The position numbers and the translations under genes are program-made. DNA of 64,000 nt from Octopus vulgaris (lineage: Eukaryota): NCBI GenBank assembly GCA_951406725.2, contig OX597822.1, positions 30,938,001 through 31,002,000 on the forward strand. The letters are read 5' to 3'. Every line of letters begins with the position of its first letter. Within the stretch, counting starts at the first letter, position 1. Shown here one piece after another: positions 1 to 11,453 of this stretch. The notes under the pieces are model-generated. The model had not been told where the DNA came from. It saw only the letters and a program-made list of their open reading frames with translations, and ran no database searches.

Positions 1-62
1 CCAGCACCACCAGCACCACCACCACAACCACCACCATCACCACCACCACCACCACCACCATT

Positions 63-98
<36 letters not shown>

Positions 99-133
99 GT
101 CATGACCATCATCATCATCATCATCATCATCAC
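1..133. repeat. Compound (CAC)n/(CAT)n trinucleotide microsatellite
   Basis: Directly visible tandem CAC then CAT units. Confidence 0.95.
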
Positions 134-550
134 TAAATAATTCTCTCGAGTAGATTTCTGACTATTGGTTTCCATGTCCCCACATCACAACTTATTTTCC
201 TTGTGCGTTCAGTCGGATGATTTCTTCATTTTTAGGCGCAAGGAGAAGAATCATGTGAACATGTAATAATTCTTTTTTCTTAATTAACACAGACATGATT
301 TTGATCTTACTTCTAAATTTGAATTTATTCTGTATTCTATATTTCATGTATATCTATGCCTCATAAAGTGCTGCTTCTGTAGTTTTTGGTCTTCATCAGT
401 ATAGATCAATACATAGTCAGTTAATTACAATATCTTGAAATTATGTATTCGAATTATTATTTCCATTTGTGCATTAGAATTATTATTTCAATTTTAAATC
501 AGGTAGACACAGTATAATGGAAAAAAATTAGATCATGCATAATTTAGGGC

Positions 551-551
<1 letters not shown>

Positions 552-612
<61 letters not shown>
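552..612. repeat. (AG)n microsatellite
   Basis: About 30 perfect AG units. Confidence 0.97.
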
Positions 613-617
<5 letters not shown>

Positions 618-1466
618 GGAATGAGAGAGAAAGTGAAGGAAAGAAGAGAACAATAATTTTGGCTTTGGCTTTACTAAATTAATTTTACTTTAGTTCTTAA
701 GTGGCGTCGAAGTTTAGAGTTAGGTTGTATGGAAATTATTCTGATTTGAAACTTTCTATAGATATCGGCCAATATTGAGTGTCTCTTCGTTCTATACATG
801 CAAGTTGCGTACACATGCACATAATATTATTGTGCAGAGACATGGCGACTGAAAGCAAAAAAAAAAAAACAAACAAACAAACCAGAAAAATAAAATCCCT
901 GTATAGCGAGTTGATTTTAATCAATGTGGAGAAAATGGCGATAAACGAGAAGACTACTTCTAACAATTTAATTTTTTTTATATTTAGAATCAATATCGCA
1001 AACGGTGAGTAGAGAATGGGTATTGTTTTGTATGACAGAATTGAAGACACTATCAATAATACTCCATTATTATTTAATTATAACCTGGGAGGGATGCCGG
1101 AAATAAACTAATAAATCGCCAATACCTAAATGCTTCTCGAGAAATCAAGAATGCTCAATAACATACCCATACGAGTATTTTTAATTATGTATATATGTAC
1201 GTACGGACTTACGTCTGAGTATTTGTGTGTATGTATGTATGTACGTCTGTATGTGTGTATCTATGAATGCATGTATGTGTGTATCTATGTATGTATGTAG
1301 GCATGCATGTATGTATGTAAGTATATATGTTTGTATGTGTGGGTCTTTCACCTTGTTTCAGGTATCAGACTGCAGCCAATGTTGGGGGTACAGCCTTGAA
1401 AAACTTGAGGCGACCAAATCGACTCCAGTACATATGTTTTTAAAGCGTGGTACTTATTATATCGGT

Positions 1467-1648
1467 CTCACACCAATAGAGGTAGTCAAGTGGTGGCGAG
1501 AGACAAACACAAACACAAGGGCACACAAAGACACACACACACACACTGGGATTCTTTCATTTTCCATCACAATGCTTTGGTCTGTCCACGGCTCTAGTAG
1601 TAGGCACTTGCCCAAGATGCCACGCAATCAGACTGAACCCGAAACCAT
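1467..1648 (-). mobile_element. Old, diverged SINE family A remnant
   Basis: Contains ggcacttgcccaagatgccacgca..gactgaacccgaaaccatg, matching the reverse complement of the family A head seen in younger copies such as 63170-63336. Confidence 0.65.
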
Positions 1649-1922
1649 GTATGTTTCTATATATGCATGTATCTATATATTCATGTATGTGTGTGTGTGT
1701 ACGTGTGTATTCCAAACTTTCCATATATATATTTATATATATATATATATAGAATGGTTGTATACTGTCAATCTAACAAGAACGTCACAGTAGGGGGTAC
1801 ACCACCGCTGTATAGCCCTAGGAAGCATCGAACGTCTCCTGATAGCTTTGACACATTTTTTCCCTGTGTCCTTATATACGCATACGAAGGGGAGACAAAC
1901 ACCCCCGGCTGCCGGAACTGCA

Positions 1923-1968
1923 TCTAGGGACACCGTGTTTCAGGATCATTTTCCTTCATCGGCCTAGA
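1923..1968 (-). ncRNA. Minimal type I hammerhead-ribozyme-like motif (U4C core, GUC triplet)
   Basis: Minus strand: UCUAGG-CCGAUGA-AGGA(AAAUGA)UCCU-GAAA-CACGGUG-UC-CCUAGA. Helix I is 6 bp, helix II 4 bp, and helix III is the near-palindrome ACAC-G-GUGU. Confidence 0.75.
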
Positions 1969-2111
1969 GTAGCAGACACCGGTCAGCTGGTGATATTTGC
2001 CTCGACTTCGTAATTGTATATACATATATTCAGTGGAGTTTATTCACTGATTATCAAAATAAGAAATATTGAATTTCTAAATCTCTCGAGAGATTTAGAA
2101 ATTCAATATTT

Positions 2112-2158
<47 letters not shown>

Positions 2159-2208
2159 GTACATACATATACATATACTTACATATAAATAAATAAATAA
2201 ATAAATAA

Positions 2209-2272
<64 letters not shown>

Positions 2273-2471
2273 GTGACCTCGTGTGTACCGTTGGCGATTT
2301 TTTCCTCTGTCTTCCTTTCTCTGGATCTTTCCTTCTCCTATGTTTCCGACGAAGAGCTCCGCTCTAAACGTTAAGCCCTCCTTCTTCCCTTCTTTCCTGA
2401 GCGTCCAATAATCCTATATTTGTTCCACATCCTCGCGTTGTTGTGTTTTTTTTGTGTTTTCTTGTTTGGAT

Positions 2472-2476
<5 letters not shown>
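2273..2476 (+). mobile_element. PLE terminal-repeat-like remnant between (TA)n tracts, with degenerate hammerhead motif at 2342-2376
   Basis: GUUU-CCGACGA-A-GAGC(UCC)GCUC-UAAA-CG-UU-AAGC. G12 is replaced by U, and helix III is the palindrome AACGUU. The segment is pyrimidine-rich and flanked by (TA)n on both sides. Confidence 0.6.
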
Positions 2477-2518
<42 letters not shown>

Positions 2519-3802
2519 GCAGACTCATAGTCATGTGTGCGAATATAGGTATAAATACATTCATATGTGCACACACATACACATATGTATATATAGGTTT
2601 ATGCCTGTGTTTGGGTGTATTTATGTTTATGTATTTATACTTACGTATATATACACACTCGTACACACGAGCACACAGAAAGGCAGCACACAGCCTGTCG
2701 TATATTCCACATATATTCATATTAAAGCAGAAGGAAATCCATTAATCACAATATATTTTCTTATAATTGGATTACAAGTTTGACTGATAATGCTAGTTTA
2801 GTCTTTTTAGCTTAAATCTAATTTTCCTAAAGGTCAGGCCATAGACACAAACAGTTTACATGCATAATAGCTTCTGTGTGTCTGCTTATGTACACGCTTT
2901 GTATATGTATAACTACATGGAAGATTCTTTAAATTTATTTATGTTAAAATTCATACTAGTTAATATTAGATCATCTCATATACATAGCTAATTTAGGCGC
3001 CTACACTTAATTGGAAATCATTAATGAAAAGCGTAGGCTAGAAAATTACCAGACACTTTAATGTGCCCGAACTAAAACACCTCTTAAGTGTTCGTTAAGG
3101 TTCATACTCTACACGCTAAAGATCTTAATCACCCGAAAAAGCTAGAAAGATTTTGCAAGGGTTTCAGATCCAGATGTTAGTTTTGCTTATGTCCTTTATC
3201 GCGTATGGAAGTTTATCTAGTGTTTATGTAATTTTAGCAAACCAGAGAGGAATTAAAGAATTTTCAGGAATATAGAATTTTCATTCTCTACAGTATATGA
3301 TGAGCGTTAGAAGTAAGAGATCATGTTACTGGAAACACTGGATCAGTTTTATTTCCTGTGAATAAACATAGAATAAAATTAGTCTTAAACCTGTGGTCCG
3401 CAAATGATGTGTAAACATCAAAAATGTAATTTTTGATGATGTGTATTTCCAAAGGCGGTTCATTTTTTGAAGTGCGGCATGTGCAAGCTTTTTAATGAAT
3501 ATGTGATCTACGAAGCACGATTGGCTAGTCCTATTGTGTAGTTTTTAAAGAAATGCGTTACTATATTGAATTATGCCTGTGTCTATAAAACATTATTGCA
3601 AGGACTGAGACTGCATCTACTTTGCATTTAAAATTATTTGGCGACAAATGCATTTCACATTCTTTTACGGCGTTGGAACTAACCTATATTGTTTTTCATA
3701 GGTTCATAATGCAAATTTCTAAGGCCGCATAAGAAATGTCGCTCTGGAAGAATGGACTGAAGAACTGTGTATAGAGCTATTCCATATCGTGAAATAGCTT
3801 TA

Positions 3803-4740
3803 CACTTTGACCCATTGCTCGCGTCTTCTTCAGACGGATAATCCGGCTGAATTCCTGACAGGCCTTTGGGAGTTTGTGCACGCTACATTTCCTCTTCAGG
3901 GTTGCTACATTTCCTCTTCATATTGCGTTATCAGTTCTGCATCGTCTGCGAACAGCATTTTCCTGGCGAATACCTGGAGCCTGTTGGATTTTGCTTTCAG
4001 TCTCGACAGACTAAACAGTTTGCCACTTGACCTGGTGTGGAGGTAAGCAGCATCAGTTGTTGTCCCAGATGCATATTTCAGCATGACTACAAAGATGTCA
4101 AACGGAGTAGGGGCACGTACATAGTACTGTTTTACGTCGCTGAGTATTTTGAATACCTCTGAAAAAGAGCCATGAAATTGAACGATGACTTTCATGTCCA
4201 TTTGCAATAACTGAACAATCCTGAGAAGACATATAGGGTAGTCAGTCAATCTTGGCAATAATTTTGAACAGACCGTCTCTACTGACTAGGTCAAAAGCCT
4301 TTGTGAGGTCGATGAAGGTGATAAAAACTTTGCTCTCGGTACTTTTCCTGTCGCTGTCGGAGACAGAAATTCATATCGATGGTGGAGAGTTTTGCTCTTA
4401 AACCACACTGAGATTCGGGGTATGCCCTCTCAGCGATTTTCTGTAGACCATTTAGGGCCACACAGGCAAACTCTTTCCCAACGATGCTTGACAGCGAAAT
4501 GCCTCGGTAGTTAATGCAGTCGCTTTGGTCTCCTTTGTTCTTACATTAAGTGACAATGTTGCAGTCTCTCATGCCTTGCGGTACTGATCCCTCCTCCCAG
4601 CACTGACACAGTAGCTTCAGCAAGTGGCTAAGAAGAACTCTCCTTCCACATCTGATGATCTCTGGTGGGATGCATACCACCAGTGACACTGATCAGTTGG
4701 CAGTGCGTCCAGCTTCTTTATGACAAGTAGGTGCTGGGGA
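3803..4740 (-). mobile_element. RTE-clade LINE reverse transcriptase fragment (degenerate), inverted segment
   Basis: Minus-strand translation pieces: GIPPEII, NKGDQSDCINYRGISL, YPESQCG, FIDLTKAFDLVSR, LHTRSSGKLFSLSRLKAK, MLFADDA. These are typical RTE/BovB-like RT motifs, with stops and frameshifts. Confidence 0.9.
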
Positions 4741-5143
4741 ATTGGCTACTGGTACAAGAGCACGAGGAAGGCCTCTTTTCAGAGATGTCAATAAGAGAGA
4801 TATGAAGTCGCTTGAGCTGGACGTCGTGAGATGGGAGGAGGTTGCAAATGATCGCCCACACTGGAGGCAAACACTGCGAAAGGGAATGAAGACAGCGGAA
4901 GTAAACAGATACTCGCCATCAAGGAAAAGCGCACTCGATGGAAGGAACAATCAGCAGCACCGGCACAGAGCTCCCTCAAATGCTGTCGGTGTATGCGTGA
5001 CTGCCACTCCCGTTTGGGCCTGTGCAGTCACAACAGACGCTGCACTACCATCTGCAACGGATACTATATCTTTGGGCAACGGATACTATATCTTTGGTTA
5101 CCTACTTTGGGCAACGGATACTATATCTTTGGTTACCTACTGC
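4736..5143 (+). mobile_element. RTE LINE 3' end (ORF C-terminus plus tandemly repeated tail)
   Basis: Plus-strand GELATGTRARGRP..RDVNKRDMKSL..WEEVANDRPHWRQTL matches the RTE ORF C-terminus. It is followed by three copies of gcaacggatactatatctttgg. Confidence 0.85.
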
Positions 5144-5936
5144 TGTAGTGATAATAGGTGAGGATGGCGTTTGTGACCATATTAGAAATTTTATGGCGAT
5201 AACGGAGAAACTCTGCTTATTCATTAATACAAAACAGAAAAAAAAATCATGGGTGTCCAATATCAAGTCGGTTCAAAGATTAAAGTGAATGGTGAAGCCT
5301 TAAAATATGTATCCATTTCAGCTTGAACGAAAGTAGAAGATGGGCTGATGGAAACAATGTAATGATGGTCAACATCAGAAACGGAAAATCATGGGTAGCA
5401 TGATATAGAACTGCTAACATTGGTAACTAAAACTAGAACATAAAAATTGAAAATGCAGTTTAGAGTTCAATATTCGTGTCAATTATTTACTATGATATAT
5501 AAACCTGAATAGAATACAAAGGCGTAATTAAAACCAAGATATATTCAGAACACCAAGGATGTCCACACAGTATCCTAAATATGATAAAGGTGTCGAAGCA
5601 TCAATGTAGAAAAAGGAAAGATCATGAACCGAACAGAAAAGTACAGAGGCAACTAATGGTAATGGTGATAACAAGCAACATATGGTGTTTGGATGATGTA
5701 TTGAGAATGAATGATAGAACGCTATCGAGGCGGTTGCTTAGAGGAAACTGAATAGTGGCAAAAATACCAGTGTTACTTAAATATGTTCTGATATATGACA
5801 AAAATATCTTATACCACACACTTGGACACGCAGTGGCAAACGTGGTGGGTATGTTAAAATCACTATGAGATAGAGCACTAACAAAGAATATTATACGCAG
5901 CTAATTTAGTTAAGTAAATCAAGTTAAAAACCTTCT

Positions 5937-6310
5937 ACATTACGATGTAAAATTATCATCGTTTTAGGGCACCTGAGCGTGAACAGAAAACACGTATGAA
6001 CAACATTTTAGGTGTTGAGTACGCATCTTAAAGAGCTAACTTTCTCTGTCAGTAAAAATATAGTACTAGTTATTTACTATAATCTAAAAATTACCAGGAA
6101 AAAAATTTCTCCTAAAACAACTGTGGTCTCTTCTATTCTTCTTTGACAACTTCTTTTGCTTCCATAGAAAATAATCAACAGGGTCAAAGATGTTGTGCAA
6201 TACACCATTTGTTACCATCAAAGACAAGCTTAACACTCACAAAGACCCTTCCGCATAATAAAGTTCTATAGTCTTTTGTGATCTCAAAGTGTGGCCATTG
6301 GTACATTTGA
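5937..6310 (+). repeat. About 374-bp repeat, inverted copy at 11188-11560
   Basis: acattacgatg...ggtacatttga is reverse-complementary to 11188-11560 with scattered substitutions (roughly 95% by eye). Confidence 0.9.
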
Positions 6311-8819
6311 TCGTATCAAAGTAAGTTCAATCAGAATTAATCTATTTGAACGAAGACTGTTTTCAGCTGATAAATAAATCGTTGTGGTGAGCAATTAAGA
6401 GCAAGAATTATGGTATCTAGCAACAATGTGTGGGTGTCGGGTTCGATTCATGTCCAAAGTTAAGTCACTTGAACGTCTCAAAACACACTTGTCTGATTAT
6501 TCCTCCAGTTTAAAAGTCTTGAATAAGTAACTTACAATTTTCATTCTATAGGATGTTTATATCTAAAATATTTCTGTAAAACAAGAGAAAAATATGTTTA
6601 GATACAAACATCACTTTTTAAAAATCGCTTGTTTATTTGATTCGAAATCGATTTTTATTTTTGTCATAGAAATCTAATATCTTGAGTTCTTTGTCAAAAA
6701 TAAACAACCACAACAATGTCGAATATTTATATTTGTAAGGGAGACAATGTGGTTTGATTGAGAATATATTTGTTTTATCTGAAGTTAGTAGAAGACATTC
6801 AATATTTTTACCTATAGCTGTTCTATAATTATATTAATCAATTTTTATTTTTTATTTTTCACTAGAATATATTACTTAAGCTCTGTCTTCATTCATCCAT
6901 CATGTCAACAATAACTATGATAATAGCTTTTTTCTTAAATATTTTTTCCGTGTACGTCACTCAAATCAGAAATATTCATCAAGTTTATTAAATTTACGAA
7001 ATGTTATTAATTTGCTTTCAGCTAGCGCTAAGGTGAAGAGTAGTAACTCTATATAGATAACAAAACTTATTTCGAGTGAAGTTCTTATAGATACTGCTTG
7101 AAAGAGAAGAGTAGACGAGGCGGCGCTCGAAAGTTATGTGGTAAATGTTTTTGTGCGGATTGTACGGATAGTAAGTGCAGGCAATGACTAAAGAAGTCAG
7201 TTGAAATACTGAGCTGGTATTTCAGAAAAAGGTCCGACAAACTTTACTGATATTACATCATTCGCGATTACATAATTGAATTATTACATCAATACGTGAA
7301 CATATATGTGTGAGACTAGAATTTAAAATTAATGCCTTCCTTTAGAGTGCAAGTAGCAATGGGTATGTGAAAATGCTTAGAAAGGGAAAATAAATCGACC
7401 CATCGGAGTCGTATCTGTTGTATCATGGTACTCTTGTTACGAACATGTAATCAATAATTGGCAAGTAGCGTTCTAAGAAATCATATTACCGCAAACCGAA
7501 ACATCGACACAGTTTCTTGTTCTCATCGTAGCTAATGAAATCGTATTCCATTGCAAAATTTACATGGTAAAAAATTGGAAGCTATTTGATCTCATTTTCC
7601 TCTAATACGTCCGGCACCTTGGTAACCTATGTAAGAAATCAATATCTAAGAAATGAAAAGGTAAAAAAATAAAACAATCTTTTCTGTAAATCATATATGA
7701 GGTTACAAAAAAATGAACTGTTTACAAAATTCTGTTTACTGTGTAAGGCTAATTTACAATACAGTACTTTGGACTGTAGACCTTCACTGACGGAGCCAGA
7801 TGGAATAAGAGCCACTATCTAAATGTTTTACTAATTGCTCTCGTCTTTTACATTCTTTGAAATAAATTATTCAGTCGTGGTCATCGTTTCCTCGAAAGAC
7901 CGTTATTGTAATACATTTCTTCAAATCCGGGTGTATTGTCTGATAAATTAATTCAATTTCAATCTTTAATGAAGTCCCTTTCAATTTTTGATATACATAT
8001 ATATATATATATATATGTCGTTGTTAGACTATTCCTAACAATATTCTTTAAAACATCTAATACTTGTCTAACTCTCTGTCTCAATTTTCTTCTCTCTTTC
8101 ACACACACACACACACATACAAGCATACGCACGTGCACACACACGCGTGACACATACATACACTCACATTCGTGCACACACATTCGTACGCAAATATATC
8201 TACACGTGTATGTATCACGCTCTTCCTCTCTTTTCCTCACACACTCGTATACACTCACATATACACATATATCTCCCTCCCCCACGCCATCTCTCTCTAT
8301 ATATATATATGTGTAAGTGTGTGTTTGTGTGTATTCGTGTGTGTGTGTATCTATATATATTTACTAACATACGTCTATGTATGTATATATATAAATAAGG
8401 GTGTATATATATATATATAAATGAATATATGCGTTTGTAAGCTTTTGCAAATGTGTTTATTGTTAGCGGCATATTACGACAGCGTTTTAGTGTAAATCAC
8501 CAAGCTGTTAAATAACCTCAAACCTTTTAGTAAACCTCAGAAGTAGTTTAATCAAGGCATTTATTATCAACATTGTACTTTACACTCTAGGTCGCCAGGA
8601 AACAACTGTAACATCGGATGGGAGTTAAAGGAAATTTACCAGAAAACGCACCATCTGAAGGGACCAGCTTTGACATTTTACATAGGGAAATCCATTACCT
8701 GCCTGGATATTATACGCCTCCTGTTGCCATATATATATATGTATATATATTTATTGGTAAAAACGGTAAGGTAACAAAAGAAAGAAAGAGACCTCAATAT
8801 TATGTAAATAGAGGAAATT

Positions 8820-8957
8820 TATCTGTAAAATAATATGTCACAATTATTCGGTAGCCAAGATAAAACTCTGAGTTTCGGACGCCGAGGTGGAAATCCACAA
8901 CACTATCTCTTCGGTTATCTGGCTACCGAATAATTGTCACATATTATTTTACAGATA
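8820..8957 (-). ncRNA. About 44-bp inverted repeat enclosing a hammerhead-like core
   Basis: Arms are 8820-8863 and 8915-8957 (1 mismatch, 1 bulge). Minus-strand core: AGAUAA-CCGAAGA-G..GUGG(AUUU)CCAC..C-GAAA-CUCAGAG-UU-UUAUCU. Confidence 0.55.
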
Positions 8958-9795
8958 TATATATATATATATAACCCGAATAATAAGACAATTACATTCT
9001 TTAACTCTTCTATAATGATCCGTTACAATTTTTTCTGCACCAACTCTGCTTCCATCGCCTGCTTACGCAAAAATTCAAATCGAAAATACACACAATCTCT
9101 TTAATCTGATAATTCGTTATTTATAATTCCCTTAGTTAGCAACTAATTTGCTAAAGTATATTCACACGCAATCTCTTGGGCTGTGATTCGTGTGCTTTAT
9201 TATTTATCTATTTATATACATTCTTGACCGTGTTAAATATTTAAATACATTTCTATCCGTGATTTCCCCGCTCACTTAATTCTCTTCATGAACGACGTTT
9301 TTGGTTGTTTTGTCACGCACATATCTACGGTAAAATTAATCACTGAAACACGATAGAAAAACCTGAATGGCTTATTTAACGGAGAAATAGCAATTTCGTT
9401 GACCCAGTTCCGGATCTCCGAATTTTGTGAAAAGAAAAAATTTGCCAACATAAATCGTTAGAATAAGTTAACTGCAACGTATTCGTTTAAGAGCACGTAA
9501 GTGCCAGTTTAAAGGTTTAAATCTGATGGATGAGCAACTTCACCGCTCGACTAGTTAGAGGAAGTTTGGCCTCAATATTTACAAAATATTCGTTTCTTAA
9601 TGATACATACTAGTAATATATCTTATAATGGTTGCTTGGCTGCCGGATATTTAAAATCCTCACTTCTTAAACATGAGGTTTTATGTACGATTGTACTGTA
9701 GAAAATTTTGGAGAGGTGTAATATAGCACTGTATCGGATGGATCCCAGAGTTGTGAGTGAAACAGAGTAGAAGGAAATTATGTAGAAATTATGTA

Positions 9796-9958
9796 GGCGT
9801 AGGAGTGGCTGTGTGGTAAGTGGCTTGCTTACCAATCACATGGTTCCGGGTTCAGTCCCACTGTGTGGCACCTTAGGCAAGTGACTTCTACTATAGCCTC
9901 GGGCCGACCAAAGCCTTGTGAGTGGATATGGTAGACGGAAACTAAAAGAAGACCATCG

Positions 9959-9990
<32 letters not shown>

Positions 9991-10184
9991 CGGATTTTTG
10001 TCAGTGAACAGGTCGCGGATTTTAGCGACGAAAATATTTTGACAAATTAAACTTAAACGTTGAAGTGAATCGAACGGCTTTTGTGTGTTTCTTAAATGGC
10101 TTATAAACACCTTCCACGCTGCAATTGTTTTCGTTTCAGCACACGATCTCAGATCAAATTACTTGCTATGCAAGTACATCTCCG

Positions 10185-10241
<57 letters not shown>

Positions 10242-10495
10242 TATGTATGTGTGTGTGTGTATGTATGTATGTGTGCGTGTGTGTGTGTGTGTGTATGTGT
10301 TTGCGTGTCTGTGTTTGTTCTCCTAACATCGTTTGATTACCGATGTTGGTGTGTTTACGTCCCCATAACTTAGCTGTTCGGCAAAAGAGACCGATAGAAT
10401 ATGTACTAGGCTTTCTAAGAATAAGTCGTGGGGTCGATTTGCTCCAGCATGGCCACAATCAAAAGACTGAAACATGTAAAATAGTAAAAGAGTAA
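9796..10495 (+). mobile_element. SINE family A (tRNA-like head, internal (TA)n(TG)n) with nested foreign repeat at 9991-10188
   Basis: Head ggcgtaggagtggctgtgtggtaag..ggttccgggttcagtccc (A/B-box-like) and tail ccagcatggcc..gactgaaac..gtaaaagag. The interior insert matches 17100-17285. Confidence 0.85.
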
Positions 10496-10642
10496 ATCTC
10501 TCGGTTGGATTGTGCCATAGTTTTACAGAGGTACAATCCCACCACGTATTGCATCATATTGATACTTCTTGGTGATGACGGTAAATAGTAAATGTACTTG
10601 TGAAATACTCAGTCCCCTGAACCAGTGGGAAAGTAATTCATT

Positions 10643-10699
10643 TCATTTCATATCTTGATACTCATTTCATATCTAGATACTCATTTCATATCTAGATAC
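10643..10699. repeat. 19-bp tandem repeat x3 (tcatttcatatctagatac)
   Basis: Three adjacent units, one substitution. Confidence 0.9.
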
Positions 10700-10864
10700 C
10701 CATTGTCGAAACTATCGGAGATCCGTTTATTTTACTTAACAACTATAATTGATTTGATCTTAGAATTTTATATTTACCCCTGGATTTTTAACCGCCCGTT
10801 TAAGATGTCCTAATTATTCTCTTTCCACTACAGCCCTAATACGGTATGGAAATACTGATTTCAA

Positions 10865-11070
10865 ATATTGGCACAAGACCGGCAATTCTGAGGGAGCGGG
10901 TAGGTCGAGTACGTCGATCCCGGTGGACGAGTGGTACTTATTTTATCGAAATACACAGAAATGAATAGTAAAGTCAACTTCGGCGGAATTTAAACTCAGA
11001 ACGTAAAGACGAAGGAAATGGTGCTATGCTATTTGACCGGCATGAGAATCATTGTACATGCTCGTCGCCT
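10865..11070 (-). mobile_element. Diverged SINE family C
   Basis: aaagtcaacttcggcggaatttaaactcagaacgtaa..ctcgtcgcctt is the reverse complement of the family C head. Confidence 0.7.
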
Positions 11071-11453
11071 TAAGGCATGGAAATATTAAATTGTACACAA
11101 GTTTTAGAACTGTGCCCTTAATCATCTTTATCCAAAGTGATTCGTCCATTGTTCTCCATCCTTAATATATATACAGAATTGATTAGGTCAAATGTACCAA
11201 TGGCCACACTTTGAGATCACAAAAGACTATAGAACTTTATTATGCGGAAGGGTCTTTGTGAGTGTTAAGGTTGTCTTTGATGGTAACAAATAGTGTATTG
11301 CACAACATCTTTGACCCTGTTGATTATTTTCTATGGAAGCAAAAGAAGTTGTCAAAGAAGAATAAAAGAGACCACAATTGCTTTAGGAGAAATTTTTTTC
11401 CTGGTAATTTTTAGATTATAGTAAATAACTAGTACTATATTTTACTGATAGAG

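Noticed and set aside
385-400. CTGATGA on minus (also CCGATGA at about 60250, CTGACGA at about 33416, GAAAC motifs at about 8600 and 34305)
   Set aside because: They lack a correctly spaced GAAA/UH or pairable helices, so they are not called as hammerheads.
988-1004. 17-nt microexon-like segment (ttttag|...|gtgagt)
   Set aside because: Good splice signals but not frame-preserving and without other support.
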